NCBI GenBank assembly: GCA_963845065.1
Contig: CAWJQQ010000005.1
Location: 256,001 to 320,000, forward strand
Origin: Nitrospirota bacterium
GTDB taxonomy: Bacteria > Nitrospirota > UBA9217
Direction: 5' to 3'
Length of the DNA: 64,000 nucleotides
How positions within the stretch are numbered: position 1 is the stretch's first letter; each line of letters opens with the position of its first letter. The notes below the pieces were generated by a model, which searched no databases, had not been told where the DNA came from, and was given only the letters and a program-made list of their open reading frames with translations. Positions 9,093-18,522 of the stretch are shown in pieces. The translations under genes were made by a program, and so were the position numbers.

Positions 9093-10919
9093 ATGAGGAC
9101 ATTCTTTGTTATCTTCTCTATAACGTTCATGCTAATATTTTCGAATATGCACCAGATGAAGGCTGAAGCGCATGGCGACTCACTCACTCCGTTGGAGAGG
9201 GCGAAGGTGTTGATTGCCGAGAACAAACCAGCGATGACTATCGATGCTCTCTCCACCTATCACCCATCACATGAAGAACTCTCGGACTACCACTATGTTT
9301 ATGCAAAGGCGCTCACGGCGCTCAAACACCCTTATGAATCCATCGAGCATTACCGACTAGCTTATGTCTACGCCAGCTCACCGGCAGACAAAGAACGTCT
9401 GCTGTTCGAGCGAGCTAATGTGTATGCAGGAATGCACTATTACTCGGAGGCGGCTGTTTGCTTTGACGTCTTTCTTAAACAATTCCCGCAGTCGAGCTTA
9501 GCCGAGCGAGCCCACCTAGGCATCGCGGAAGCGCGCTATCAGCTCGGGGAGTTCCGGGAGGCGCTTGTCCATTTTGAAAAAGGGGGGACATCACATCAGA
9601 CACTGATTAAACGGGCCATCACTCTCCAGGCACTGAACAGAAATGATGAGGCATACAAGCTTTTCCACGACATGATTGAGCAGGACCCAGAGCTGGTACG
9701 TTCTTCGCCGGAAACGATGTACAACCTTGGCGAGAGTTACCGCCGAATGAGTAAATTAAAAGATGCGAAAATCTTCTTTGGATTGGTGCAAGATCCGGCG
9801 TTTAAATACCAGGCGGCCAATGGGCTCGGGCTTATTGCTTTAACTGAAAAACGAAACGATGATGCAGTGACCGCATTTACCCTTGCCGCGGAATCACCAG
9901 AACGCTCCGTCAAGTGCGATGCAACCATGAACCTCGCCGATGCCTATATGCGGATGGGGAAAAATGAAGAAGCACAAGCCACGCTCCAGGATATCAAAAA
10001 GAACTATCCCTACGGGAAGCAATACGATGCCGCAATCATCCTGCTGGCAAGGCTGTACAGGACCCAGGGAAAATTTAATGAGTCCCTGTCTCTACTGAGA
10101 GAGCTCATATTGCGTAGGAACCCGGTCAGTGCCGCTTTCGATGAAATTGAGTCCATATTTAACGAAGCGAAGGACCGCGACCCCAACAAGTTCATCAAGC
10201 TGTGGGCTACAGCTGGTAGCTGGCTTCTAGACCCGTCTCGGGCCAGGTCTATCGTCAAAATCGCCCCCCACCTCAGAATCTCCGGAAAGCCCTTTCTTGA
10301 CGTATGCACATGGCTCATCAAGTACGGCCCCACGGATGTTCAGTCAGAAGCATGGCTGCTGCTAGCTGATTTCTATGCGGACCTGGGCGACGCGGCAGCT
10401 GCGCGTAACTATCTGAAGCTTGCGAATCCAGCTGCCAGCAGCGATACGATTCTACGCATTCGGGCCAAGATTGCCCTGGCCTCCAAGGAGGGCCTGAGCG
10501 GAGCGGAGATGGTCATGAAAATCCATGACGTGAGGGAGGACGATGTTCTCCTGCTTCTCGATTCGATGAAACTGCTCACGAACATCAAAAAGGAAACGGC
10601 ATTCTGCGAACGGGCCATGCGTAATAAATCGGTCGCGGTTACGACTGCCGTGCAGTTCGCTGATATTCTGTACGCTGCAGGGGACAGACTGAAGGCGCTC
10701 GCTTATTATCGCGTCGCCGTTGCCGCGAGGACCGAGAAAGCAATCATAGATGTCAAGACTGGAGCTGATGTGGAATGGGCGTATTACCGAATAGCGGCAA
10801 TTGCGAAGGGTGAAGACGCTGAGAATGCGCTCAAAGCGATACAGACAAAAAACAATGCTGTGGGACGCTTTGCTGCCGCCGAACTCAAGGGGGCGCAGCT
10901 CCTGAGAAGGATTGACTAA
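9093..10919 (+). CDS. Exported tetratricopeptide-repeat protein
   Basis: Signal-peptide-like N-terminus (MRTFFVIFSITFMLIF...AEA) and multiple TPR helical pairs (e.g. FLKQFPQSSLAERAHLGIAEARYQLGEF). Confidence 0.85.
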   Translation: MRTFFVIFSITFMLIFSNMHQMKAEAHGDSLTPLERAKVLIAENKPAMTIDALSTYHPSHEELSDYHYVYAKALTALKHPYESIEHYRLAYVYASSPADKERLLFERANVYAGMHYYSEAAVCFDVFLKQFPQSSLAERAHLGIAEARYQLGEFREALVHFEKGGTSHQTLIKRAITLQALNRNDEAYKLFHDMIEQDPELVRSSPETMYNLGESYRRMSKLKDAKIFFGLVQDPAFKYQAANGLGLIALTEKRNDDAVTAFTLAAESPERSVKCDATMNLADAYMRMGKNEEAQATLQDIKKNYPYGKQYDAAIILLARLYRTQGKFNESLSLLRELILRRNPVSAAFDEIESIFNEAKDRDPNKFIKLWATAGSWLLDPSRARSIVKIAPHLRISGKPFLDVCTWLIKYGPTDVQSEAWLLLADFYADLGDAAAARNYLKLANPAASSDTILRIRAKIALASKEGLSGAEMVMKIHDVREDDVLLLLDSMKLLTNIKKETAFCERAMRNKSVAVTTAVQFADILYAAGDRLKALAYYRVAVAARTEKAIIDVKTGADVEWAYYRIAAIAKGEDAENALKAIQTKNNAVGRFAAAELKGAQLLRRID

Positions 10920-10922
10920 GGT

Positions 10923-12143
10923 GTGCTGATGAAGATAGACCAATTGAATGAAGCATTCCAGACATTTTCTGCCGCATCGAAGAGCCTCGAAACGTATTAT
11001 GGCGAGCTGAAAGACCGGATCGCTCGATTGTCTAACGAACTCGAGATTAAAAACAGTCAGTTAAACGATGCGCTTGCAGACGCGGAGCGGAACAAGGACT
11101 ATCTCAAGGCTATCCTCTACAATCTTGAAGAAGCGATCGTTGCCGTGGACCCCGACGGGCTTGTGACCACTATGAATCGGTCCGCGGAAGAACTACTCCG
11201 GACTTCCCTCTCCGAGGCCATAGGTAAGCCTTTTGCGGCAGTGGAATTCTCACTGACGCTGGAGGGCACGGATACAGTGCTCGAAGCGGGTGATAAGCGT
11301 TATACGGTCATCCTGTCCCACTCCGACGTCGTTGATGCCGAGGGATGTCTTCGGGGACGAGTAATTCTGATCAAAGACATCACCCGGCTGCGGGAACTCG
11401 AACTCCGGCATGAACGGAACCAACGCTTGATTTCCATGGGCGAAATGGCCGCAAAGCTTGTGCATGAGATCAGAAATCCGCTTTGCAGCATCGAACTCTT
11501 CGCTAGTATGCTCGAAAAAGAACTTACAACTACCTCGCACAAGGACCTTGCGCAGGGCATCACGGCGGGCATTGGCAGCCTCAATTCGATTTTAACCAAT
11601 ATGCTCTTTTTCGCGAGGCCTAACAAACCATCGGTCAAAACCATGCGGCTTGATAGTGTTATCGAGGAATCCATACGCTTGCTTCATCCGATGATGGATT
11701 CGAGAAACGTAAGGCTCTCAACATCGATGACAGTATGCGAGCTTTCAGGCGATGCCGAACTGCTGAAGCAGGTCTTCATGAATATTATGATTAATGCTGC
11801 CCAAGCCATGCCTGACGGCGGCACGATCGATATCCGCATGGGGACGGTAAAAGACGTGGTCATGGTGAGTGTCGAAGACACAGGATGCGGTATCCCCCGC
11901 CAGGACCTGGAGCGCATCTTCGACCCATTCTTTTCGACCAAAGATAGCGGAACAGGCCTCGGACTCGTGATAGCGTCAAACATCATGCAGTCCGTCGGCG
12001 GTTATATTAAGGTAACGAGCGAGCCGGGAAGAGGTAGCACCTTCAGCCTGTGCTTCCCGGTATTGCAGGAAGGAACCAATCACGGAGCAGTGGCAGCCGC
12101 AGAGCAGCGGGGGAAAGTATGCACTGCAGTGGAATGTAGTTGA
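10923..12143 (+). CDS. PAS-domain sensor histidine kinase, FleS/FlrB-like
   Basis: LNEAFQTFSAASKSLETYY coiled coil typical of FleS, PAS, HEIRNPL, G boxes FDPFFSTK/GTGLGL. Confidence 0.9.
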   Translation: MLMKIDQLNEAFQTFSAASKSLETYYGELKDRIARLSNELEIKNSQLNDALADAERNKDYLKAILYNLEEAIVAVDPDGLVTTMNRSAEELLRTSLSEAIGKPFAAVEFSLTLEGTDTVLEAGDKRYTVILSHSDVVDAEGCLRGRVILIKDITRLRELELRHERNQRLISMGEMAAKLVHEIRNPLCSIELFASMLEKELTTTSHKDLAQGITAGIGSLNSILTNMLFFARPNKPSVKTMRLDSVIEESIRLLHPMMDSRNVRLSTSMTVCELSGDAELLKQVFMNIMINAAQAMPDGGTIDIRMGTVKDVVMVSVEDTGCGIPRQDLERIFDPFFSTKDSGTGLGLVIASNIMQSVGGYIKVTSEPGRGSTFSLCFPVLQEGTNHGAVAAAEQRGKVCTAVECS

Positions 12144-12208
12144 TGGTGATAAGCAGGAAGCATATTTTCCTGTCGACCAGAACCCCCAGAAGTAAAAGGA
12201 GTAATACC

Positions 12209-13513
12209 GTGAGTAATTCGAACGCAAAACCCATACTCGTAGTTGATGACGATCCGCAGATGCGCGCAGCCCTTTCGGAAGCGATCCAGCGGCTCGGACA
12301 TCGGGCTGTCCTGTGCGACAGCGGCGTCGAAGCTATCGGGAAACTGCGCGAAGTGCCCTACTCGCTGATCGTAACGGACATGAAGATGCCGAAGATGGAC
12401 GGGCTCACATTCCTGAAGGAAGCACGCCGTCGCAACGGAAACATGCCGGTACTGGTGATTACCGGTTTCGGCACTGTCGAGAACGCTGTCGAAACCATGA
12501 AGGAAGGTGCGACGGATTACCTCATGAAACCCTTCTCTTTCGACGCCCTGAGCAAGACCATCGAATCAATCATAAGAAGACAAGCGGCTGATAAAGACAT
12601 CATGACCGAGAATCCTGAAATGCAAAAGATAGTGCAGCTCGCAGGAAACCTCGCAGGCAGCGATATTACCGTCTTGATCACGGGCGAGAGCGGCACGGGT
12701 AAGGAGCTGCTGGCCCGCTACATCCATCAAGCGAGCAAGCGAAAGAATAACCCTTTTGTCGCTGTGAACTGCGCCGCCATTCCTGACAGCCTTCTTGAGT
12801 CGGAACTCTTTGGACATGAGAAAGGGGCTTTCACGGGAGCTGTGGACCGAAAAAAAGGGAAAATGGAGCTCGCTGACGGCGGAACGATCCTTTTGGACGA
12901 AATCGGCGAGATGCCCCTCATGCTCCAGGCGAAGCTGCTCCGCGTGCTTCAGGAGCGTGAGATCGACCGTATCGGAGGAAAGGAACCGGTGCGAGTCGAT
13001 GTTCGGGTGCTCGCGACGACGAACAGGGACCTTGCCAGCGAGTGCGCCGAGGGTCGATTCAGGGAAGACCTATTCTATCGGCTGAACGTGTTTCCGCTCA
13101 AAGTACCGCCGCTCCGAGAACGTCAGGAAGACATTGCCTTGTTGGCACGGCATTTTGTAAAGCGGTTTTCCGTTCAAGCTGGGAAGGAACTGCGGGGATG
13201 CACACCGGCATCGATTGCTCTTCTTAAACAAATGCCATGGCGCGGGAACGTGCGGGAGCTGGAAAACGTTATTCAACGCTCAGTCTTTTTATGCAGCGGG
13301 GTAGTCGTGGACAGTGCAGATTTTATGCTCGATCAAGCTGAATCACAGACGATGGTGAACGGAAAACTGAAGGACATGGAACGCGATGTGATTTTGAAAA
13401 CGCTTAAAGATGTGAACGGCAACAAGTCGAAAGCCGCAAAACTGTTGGGCGTCAGCGTCAGAACGGTCAGGAACAAACTGAATGAGTATGGGCAAAAAGT
13501 GCCGGTAGGGTGA
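12209..13513 (+). CDS. Sigma54-dependent response regulator, FleR/FlrC-like
   Basis: REC (DMKMP), GESGTGKE, GAFTGA, LGVSVRTVRNKL HTH; GTG start after an AAGGAG RBS. Confidence 0.9.
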   Translation: MSNSNAKPILVVDDDPQMRAALSEAIQRLGHRAVLCDSGVEAIGKLREVPYSLIVTDMKMPKMDGLTFLKEARRRNGNMPVLVITGFGTVENAVETMKEGATDYLMKPFSFDALSKTIESIIRRQAADKDIMTENPEMQKIVQLAGNLAGSDITVLITGESGTGKELLARYIHQASKRKNNPFVAVNCAAIPDSLLESELFGHEKGAFTGAVDRKKGKMELADGGTILLDEIGEMPLMLQAKLLRVLQEREIDRIGGKEPVRVDVRVLATTNRDLASECAEGRFREDLFYRLNVFPLKVPPLRERQEDIALLARHFVKRFSVQAGKELRGCTPASIALLKQMPWRGNVRELENVIQRSVFLCSGVVVDSADFMLDQAESQTMVNGKLKDMERDVILKTLKDVNGNKSKAAKLLGVSVRTVRNKLNEYGQKVPVG

Positions 13514-13526
13514 AAATTTTGCCGGG
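13490..13526. promoter_or_regulatory. Two putative upstream activator sites for the flgB sigma54 promoter
   Basis: GGGCAAAAAGTGCCGG and GGGTGAAAATTTTGCCGGG resemble GGCA-Nx-GCCG ftr-like dyads, ~120-160 bp upstream of the promoter with an AT-rich spacer. Confidence 0.45.
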
Positions 13527-13647
13527 CAGGTTGATTGGGGAATGGCGAAAGCGGAACGCGCAATAAAAAATTTAGAAAAATCATCGATAAACTCACTGTA
13601 TTCATTCAGCATTCCGCGATCCGAATTCTGGAGCATGAAGCAGCATC

Positions 13648-13663
13648 TGGCACGGTTATTGAT
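13648..13663 (+). promoter_or_regulatory. Sigma54 promoter of the flgB operon
   Basis: TGGCACGGTTATTGAT (perfect -24, TTGA variant of -12), 23 bp before the flgB ATG. Confidence 0.7.
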
Positions 13664-13686
13664 TATATAAGCCAGAGGAGGGACGT

Positions 13687-14058
13687 ATGTCTGACAGTAT
13701 GAACGTGTTAGAGCGGGTTGTCCGGCAAGCCAGTATACGAAACGACATCCTTGCCTCGAACATTGCGAACGTAGATACGCCTAATTATCGAGCAAAGGAC
13801 GTCAAATTCAGCCAAGCCCTCGATAATGAGATGAGCATGACTATCACGGACGCGAGACACATACAGGCAGGATCAGGGGGGAATGGGTCAGGCGAGATTC
13901 AGGAAGACGATACGAAGCCATGGGCTGACAAGAACAACGTTGAAATGGACCAGGAAGTGGCCAAGATGACAGAGAACGGCATGATCTTCGAAGCGGGAAT
14001 CACCCTGCTCAAGAAAAAGATACAGATGTTCAAGAATGCACTTAGCACATCGGGATAG
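13687..14058 (+). CDS. flgB: Flagellar basal-body rod protein FlgB
   Basis: ASNIANVDTPNYRAKDV and DKNNVEMDQE motifs. Confidence 0.97.
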   Translation: MSDSMNVLERVVRQASIRNDILASNIANVDTPNYRAKDVKFSQALDNEMSMTITDARHIQAGSGGNGSGEIQEDDTKPWADKNNVEMDQEVAKMTENGMIFEAGITLLKKKIQMFKNALSTSG

Positions 14059-14121
14059 AGCAAAGGGGAAAGATGCAACTTATTGACTCCCTGCTCACCC
14101 AAGAATTGATGAGGACGACAA

Positions 14122-14535
14122 ATGGATTCCTTCAATGTGTTTACGGTCAGCGCTTCAGCGCTTGCGGCACAACGGCAAAGGATGAACGTAATTGCTTCCA
14201 ACATGGCGAATGCTCACTCAACGAGTTCGGCCGAGGGCGGACCCTATCGCAGGCAGGACGTGGTGTTTAGCACCGACCCTCTAGGGTCGGACCAAGACGG
14301 CCTCACGGGGGTGAAAGTGAGCAGTATCGTTAAGGACGATTCCCCGCTCAAGATGATGTACGATCCATCCCACCCCGACGCAGACAAAGACGGCTTCGTG
14401 GCGATGCCGAACGTGAACATCATTGAAGAGATGGTGAACATGATGATGGCATCACGTGCCTATGAGGCCTCCGTATCTGCATTCAACATGTCGAAAGCCA
14501 TGTTTATGAAAACGCTTGATCTCGGAAGCGTGTAG
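14122..14535 (+). CDS. flgC: Flagellar basal-body rod protein FlgC
   Basis: RMNVIASNMANA, GGPYRRQDVVF, YDPSHPDADKDGFVAMPNVN. Confidence 0.98.
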   Translation: MDSFNVFTVSASALAAQRQRMNVIASNMANAHSTSSAEGGPYRRQDVVFSTDPLGSDQDGLTGVKVSSIVKDDSPLKMMYDPSHPDADKDGFVAMPNVNIIEEMVNMMMASRAYEASVSAFNMSKAMFMKTLDLGSV

Positions 14536-14789
14536 AAGACATGCGGAAATTGGGCGACCCCTGAGGTCAAACAACGGGGTTTTACTTTCCATGACGCAAG
14601 GAGAAAAGAAATCAAACACCTGAAACCACGGTTCCCTACATCGTCGGCACGCTCAGAGAAACTCAGGTTCAAAAATCTTTGAATGCTTGATCAGTGTTTG
14701 CCGTGTCTATCTGTGGTTGTTGTATGTTTCAAGCAATAACGAATGCGAAGTAAATTGACGAACCATTAGTCAAATAGTGGAGACGGAAA

Positions 14790-15080
14790 ATGAGCGAAAT
14801 TATAGTCAACGGTGCAAGCACGGGCCAAGGTCTACATCAAGTAAAGCCAGGGGGAAAAGAACCGGCTTCGGGCTTTGATGAAATGATGCAGGACGCGATT
14901 GGTAAAATTTCTCAGGTCCAGAGCGATGCAGATAAGGCAGTGCAGGAGATGGCATCTGGTGGAGATCCGACCGGGGCGATCCTCTCCATGGAAAAAGCTG
15001 ACATGAATTTCCAGCTTATGATCGAGGTCAGGAACAAATTGATCTCCGCATATCAGACCGTAATGAATATGCAAGTGTAA
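14790..15080 (+). CDS. fliE: Flagellar hook-basal body protein FliE
   Basis: C-terminus EVRNKLISAYQTVMNMQV. Confidence 0.96.
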   Translation: MSEIIVNGASTGQGLHQVKPGGKEPASGFDEMMQDAIGKISQVQSDADKAVQEMASGGDPTGAILSMEKADMNFQLMIEVRNKLISAYQTVMNMQV

Positions 15081-15183
15081 TCATTGATGGTAATTCGATC
15101 GGAGATGGGAATTCGGCAGGAACAAAGACGCAGATTAAGCGTTTGGCCAAACTCCGAACTTATTTATTCCTTGAGGTGAAGCT

Positions 15184-16725
15184 ATGGCAGACGTTGGCGA
15201 ACAGTTACGAACCTTGCCGATGAAAAAAATATTAGCGCTGCTCGTCGTGATCGCGCTTGTGATAACAGCTGGCATCCTCCTGATGACGTGGTCGCAGAAG
15301 GCAGACCAGCAGCTCCTGTTCTCGAATTTAAGCGATGAAGATGCCGGCGCTATCATCCAGAAACTGAACGAGCAGAAGATCCCGTATACCGCGACTGGTG
15401 GCGGGATCATGGTGCCTGCCGACAAGGTGTACGAAGTCAGGCTCCAGCTCGCGAGCCAAGGATTGCCACAGGGCGGCGGGGTTGGGTTTGAGCTTTTTGA
15501 CAAGACAAGCTTCACTATGACTGACTTTGTACAAAAGCTGGACTACCGTCGGGCGCTCCAAGGGGAGCTTGCGCGGACGATCCGGTCTTTGGCAGAAGTC
15601 GAACAGTGCCGCATTCATCTGGCAATTCCGGAAAAAACGCTCTTTATGCAGAAAGATGAAAAACCAAAAGCATCGGTCCTCCTGAAGCTACGACCGGGCA
15701 GAAGGCTGTCGCAATCACAAGTTCAGGGCATTGTCCATCTTGTCTCTAGCAGCATTGAAGGACTTGATGCGAAGGACGTGACCGTGGTGAATAACGATGG
15801 TGACATGCTCACAAGCGATGTCGACGAAAATTTTGCAGAAACGGGCAGCCAGTTCGAATATGAGCGGACCTATGAACACGATATGGAGGCCAAAATAATC
15901 AGTATGCTCGAACCGGTTGTGGGTAAAGGCAAAGCAAAGGCAAGGGTGGCTGTAAGCTTCGATTTTACGAAGACCGAAAAAACTGAAGAAAAATATGACC
16001 CCGACAGCCAGGTTGCGAGGAGCGAGCAGCGGAACACTGAAAAATCCACCGGTGGGACGAACGGCGGCATTCCCGGTATTGCGTCGAATCTCCCTGGGAG
16101 GCAGCAGACGACGGCGACCATGCCAGGTACACCGGCGGTATCGGAAAAAAAGGACGAGACGATCAACTATGAGATCACCAAGACCATAAGCCATGTGATC
16201 AGTCCTACGGGTGAGGTCAAGAAACTTTCAGTGGTCGTCCTTGTGGACGGGACCTATGCTGCTGCACAGGGCTCAACAGAGAAAAAATACACTCCTCGCA
16301 CTGAAGATCAGGTGAGGCAGTTTGAGGACATGGTAAAGAAAGCGATCGGCTTCAGCGCGGACCGTGGCGACGAGGTCAAGGTCGTGAATTTGCCCTTTGA
16401 GGTCGTTCCGCAGGAAGAGATGGTGGATACACCGGCACCATCACGGGTTGTGCCGACGGTTATGAGCGCTTCGAAATATCTTGTTCCCCTCATCGGGGTC
16501 GCGCTTCTTTTTCTTTTCGTGGTAAAGCCACTCATGAAGACGCTGACCGAACCAACGCAGCTCGCATTGCCTCAACAGCAACTCAGCCTGGTGCAGGCTG
16601 CGGGCGAGGTACAGAGGGCGATCCCCGAGCAGGATCGATCATCTCGCGAACAGCTGATCGATTGGGCCAAGAAAAATCCGAAAGATGCGTCGAATCTCAT
16701 CAAGGGATGGCTGGAGGAGAAATAA
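15184..16725 (+). CDS. fliF: Flagellar MS-ring protein FliF
   Basis: VGFELFD, RALQGELARTI, two TM helices, C-terminal LIKGWL. Confidence 0.97.
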   Translation: MADVGEQLRTLPMKKILALLVVIALVITAGILLMTWSQKADQQLLFSNLSDEDAGAIIQKLNEQKIPYTATGGGIMVPADKVYEVRLQLASQGLPQGGGVGFELFDKTSFTMTDFVQKLDYRRALQGELARTIRSLAEVEQCRIHLAIPEKTLFMQKDEKPKASVLLKLRPGRRLSQSQVQGIVHLVSSSIEGLDAKDVTVVNNDGDMLTSDVDENFAETGSQFEYERTYEHDMEAKIISMLEPVVGKGKAKARVAVSFDFTKTEKTEEKYDPDSQVARSEQRNTEKSTGGTNGGIPGIASNLPGRQQTTATMPGTPAVSEKKDETINYEITKTISHVISPTGEVKKLSVVVLVDGTYAAAQGSTEKKYTPRTEDQVRQFEDMVKKAIGFSADRGDEVKVVNLPFEVVPQEEMVDTPAPSRVVPTVMSASKYLVPLIGVALLFLFVVKPLMKTLTEPTQLALPQQQLSLVQAAGEVQRAIPEQDRSSREQLIDWAKKNPKDASNLIKGWLEEK

Positions 16726-16804
16726 CAGCTTAGAGTGAATTTGGATATGAGTACACCGAACAGCACTAGAAATTCGAGTTACTGAGTCAGGCAAGGAGCT
16801 CTAA

Positions 16805-17788
16805 ATGCCTTTGAGTGGTCATGAAAAAGCCGCTGTTTTTTTGAGTGCCCTCGGCGAAGATACTGCAGCCGAGGTGTTGAAAGGTCTCGATGTCAAGGAC
16901 ATCGGCAGGATCACTATGTACATGACGCGGCTCACAACCGTGTCACGGGACACGATCGATAATGTCCTGAAAGACGTATCGGAAAGCGTCACCCGCGGTG
17001 ATGTTCGGCTCGGAGGTACTGAGTTCGTAAAAAAAGTGCTCGCAAAGGGACTGGGTGAGGACGGCGCGATGAAAATCATGGAGATGGCGTCCAAAGAGGG
17101 ACCGCTTGAAGCTCTGCGTTGGGTCGAAGCCAAGACCCTGGTCAACTTTCTCATATCGGAGCATCCTCAGACCATTGCGCTCGTTATCTGCCTGCTTGAA
17201 CCTCAGCAGGCCGCGGAAGTTCTCTCCATCCTTCCGGATGCCATCAAGTCCGATGTCGCGATGCGAATCGCTTCGACTGACCGGATTCCGGAGCATGCCA
17301 TCGTAGAGCTCAAAGAAGTGCTGAAAGGGCAGCTCGAAATGGGCAAAAGCAAGGGTCTGCGTATGGGTGGTACCAAGGCCATCGCCGAGATACTGAACCA
17401 GTGCGATCGGTCTACAGAACAATCAGTCTTGGGCAAAATTGATGAGCAAAACAACATACTCGCAGACTCGATCCGAAAACTTATGTTCGTGTTCGACGAC
17501 CTGGTCAAGGTGGATGAACGCGGCATTCAGCTGCTCCTGAAAGAGACGGGGACTGACGAGCTTGCACTGGCGCTTAAAACGGCATCGGAAGCGCTCAAGG
17601 AGAAGATCTACAAGAATATGTCCCAGCGCGCAGCGCAGATCCTGAAAGAAGACATACAGACGCGGGGACCAGTCAAGCTATCCGATGTGGAAAAAGCGCA
17701 ACAGAACATCGTGAAGGTCGCCAGGAAGCTTGAAACGGACGGCAAGATCATTCTTGCCGGGAGAGGCGGTGAAGAGGTTGTTGTCTAA
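16805..17788 (+). CDS. fliG: Flagellar motor switch protein FliG
   Basis: EHPQTIALV, MFVFDDL and NMSQRAA motifs. Confidence 0.98.
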   Translation: MPLSGHEKAAVFLSALGEDTAAEVLKGLDVKDIGRITMYMTRLTTVSRDTIDNVLKDVSESVTRGDVRLGGTEFVKKVLAKGLGEDGAMKIMEMASKEGPLEALRWVEAKTLVNFLISEHPQTIALVICLLEPQQAAEVLSILPDAIKSDVAMRIASTDRIPEHAIVELKEVLKGQLEMGKSKGLRMGGTKAIAEILNQCDRSTEQSVLGKIDEQNNILADSIRKLMFVFDDLVKVDERGIQLLLKETGTDELALALKTASEALKEKIYKNMSQRAAQILKEDIQTRGPVKLSDVEKAQQNIVKVARKLETDGKIILAGRGGEEVVV

Positions 17789-18368
17789 ACTGATTAGAAA
17801 GGACTCGGGGCTTGCCCGTTACGATATGCCGGCATTCAAGGAGGATTTTATTGTAGGCCGCGGAGCGGATCGCATCGAACGGGAAGCATATGAAAAAGGG
17901 TATGCAACAGGCGAAAAAGCCGGCTTCGACATGGGCGAAAAGAAGGCGAAAGTGCTGTTCGACAAACTGGATGCCCTACTGGCTGACGTCGCGACGATTC
18001 GACAGCAGATCGTGAAGGAAATGGAGACGCAATTTGTCGAGCTCGCAGTTAGCATCGCACGGAAGATCATTGTGAAGGAATTGACGGTCCAGCCCTCGGA
18101 GATCATCAAAATGACGAAGGATGGACTCTTGAAACTCGAGCGGACGGGGCAGATTAAGATCAAAGTAAACCCCACTCTCTACGATTTTTTCATGAAGCAT
18201 AAGCCTGATCTAACGCGGATCCATCCCGACATCGTAATCGATGTTGACCCCTCGGTTTCCCCTTTCGGAACCGTTGTGATGGGGCCCGTGGAGGACGTAG
18301 TGACCGACTTGGATGAGCAGCTGAAGAACCTGATCAAGGACCTGGTGGCTCAGCACGGCCAGAAATGA
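17781..18368 (+). CDS. fliH: Flagellar assembly protein FliH
   Basis: AYEKGYATGEKAG GxxxG repeats, IKVNP; between fliG and fliI; TTG start inferred after GAAGAGG. Confidence 0.88.
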   Translation: MSKLIRKDSGLARYDMPAFKEDFIVGRGADRIEREAYEKGYATGEKAGFDMGEKKAKVLFDKLDALLADVATIRQQIVKEMETQFVELAVSIARKIIVKELTVQPSEIIKMTKDGLLKLERTGQIKIKVNPTLYDFFMKHKPDLTRIHPDIVIDVDPSVSPFGTVVMGPVEDVVTDLDEQLKNLIKDLVAQHGQK

Positions 18369-18522
18369 CTCCGACACAGAAAGTCAATAAATTACCACAG
18401 CGACAGTGAGAACGGTGAAATTTTTAATTTTACGGATTAACAAGGATAAAATAATTTTGTGTTAAGGACTTGACATTAGACTCTCAGTGTCTTCATTTGG
18501 CATTTTGTTATCGAGATTTATT

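Noticed and set aside
14536..14789. 254-bp gap between flgC and fliE, considered as a c-di-GMP riboswitch or sRNA
   Set aside because: Only a GACGCAA fragment and weak hairpins; the GEMM two-stem architecture is not present
18369..18522. AT-rich gap before fliI with TTGACA and a partial GTCAATAAATT box
   Set aside because: No convincing -10 or sigma54 element at the proper spacing; at most a weak internal promoter
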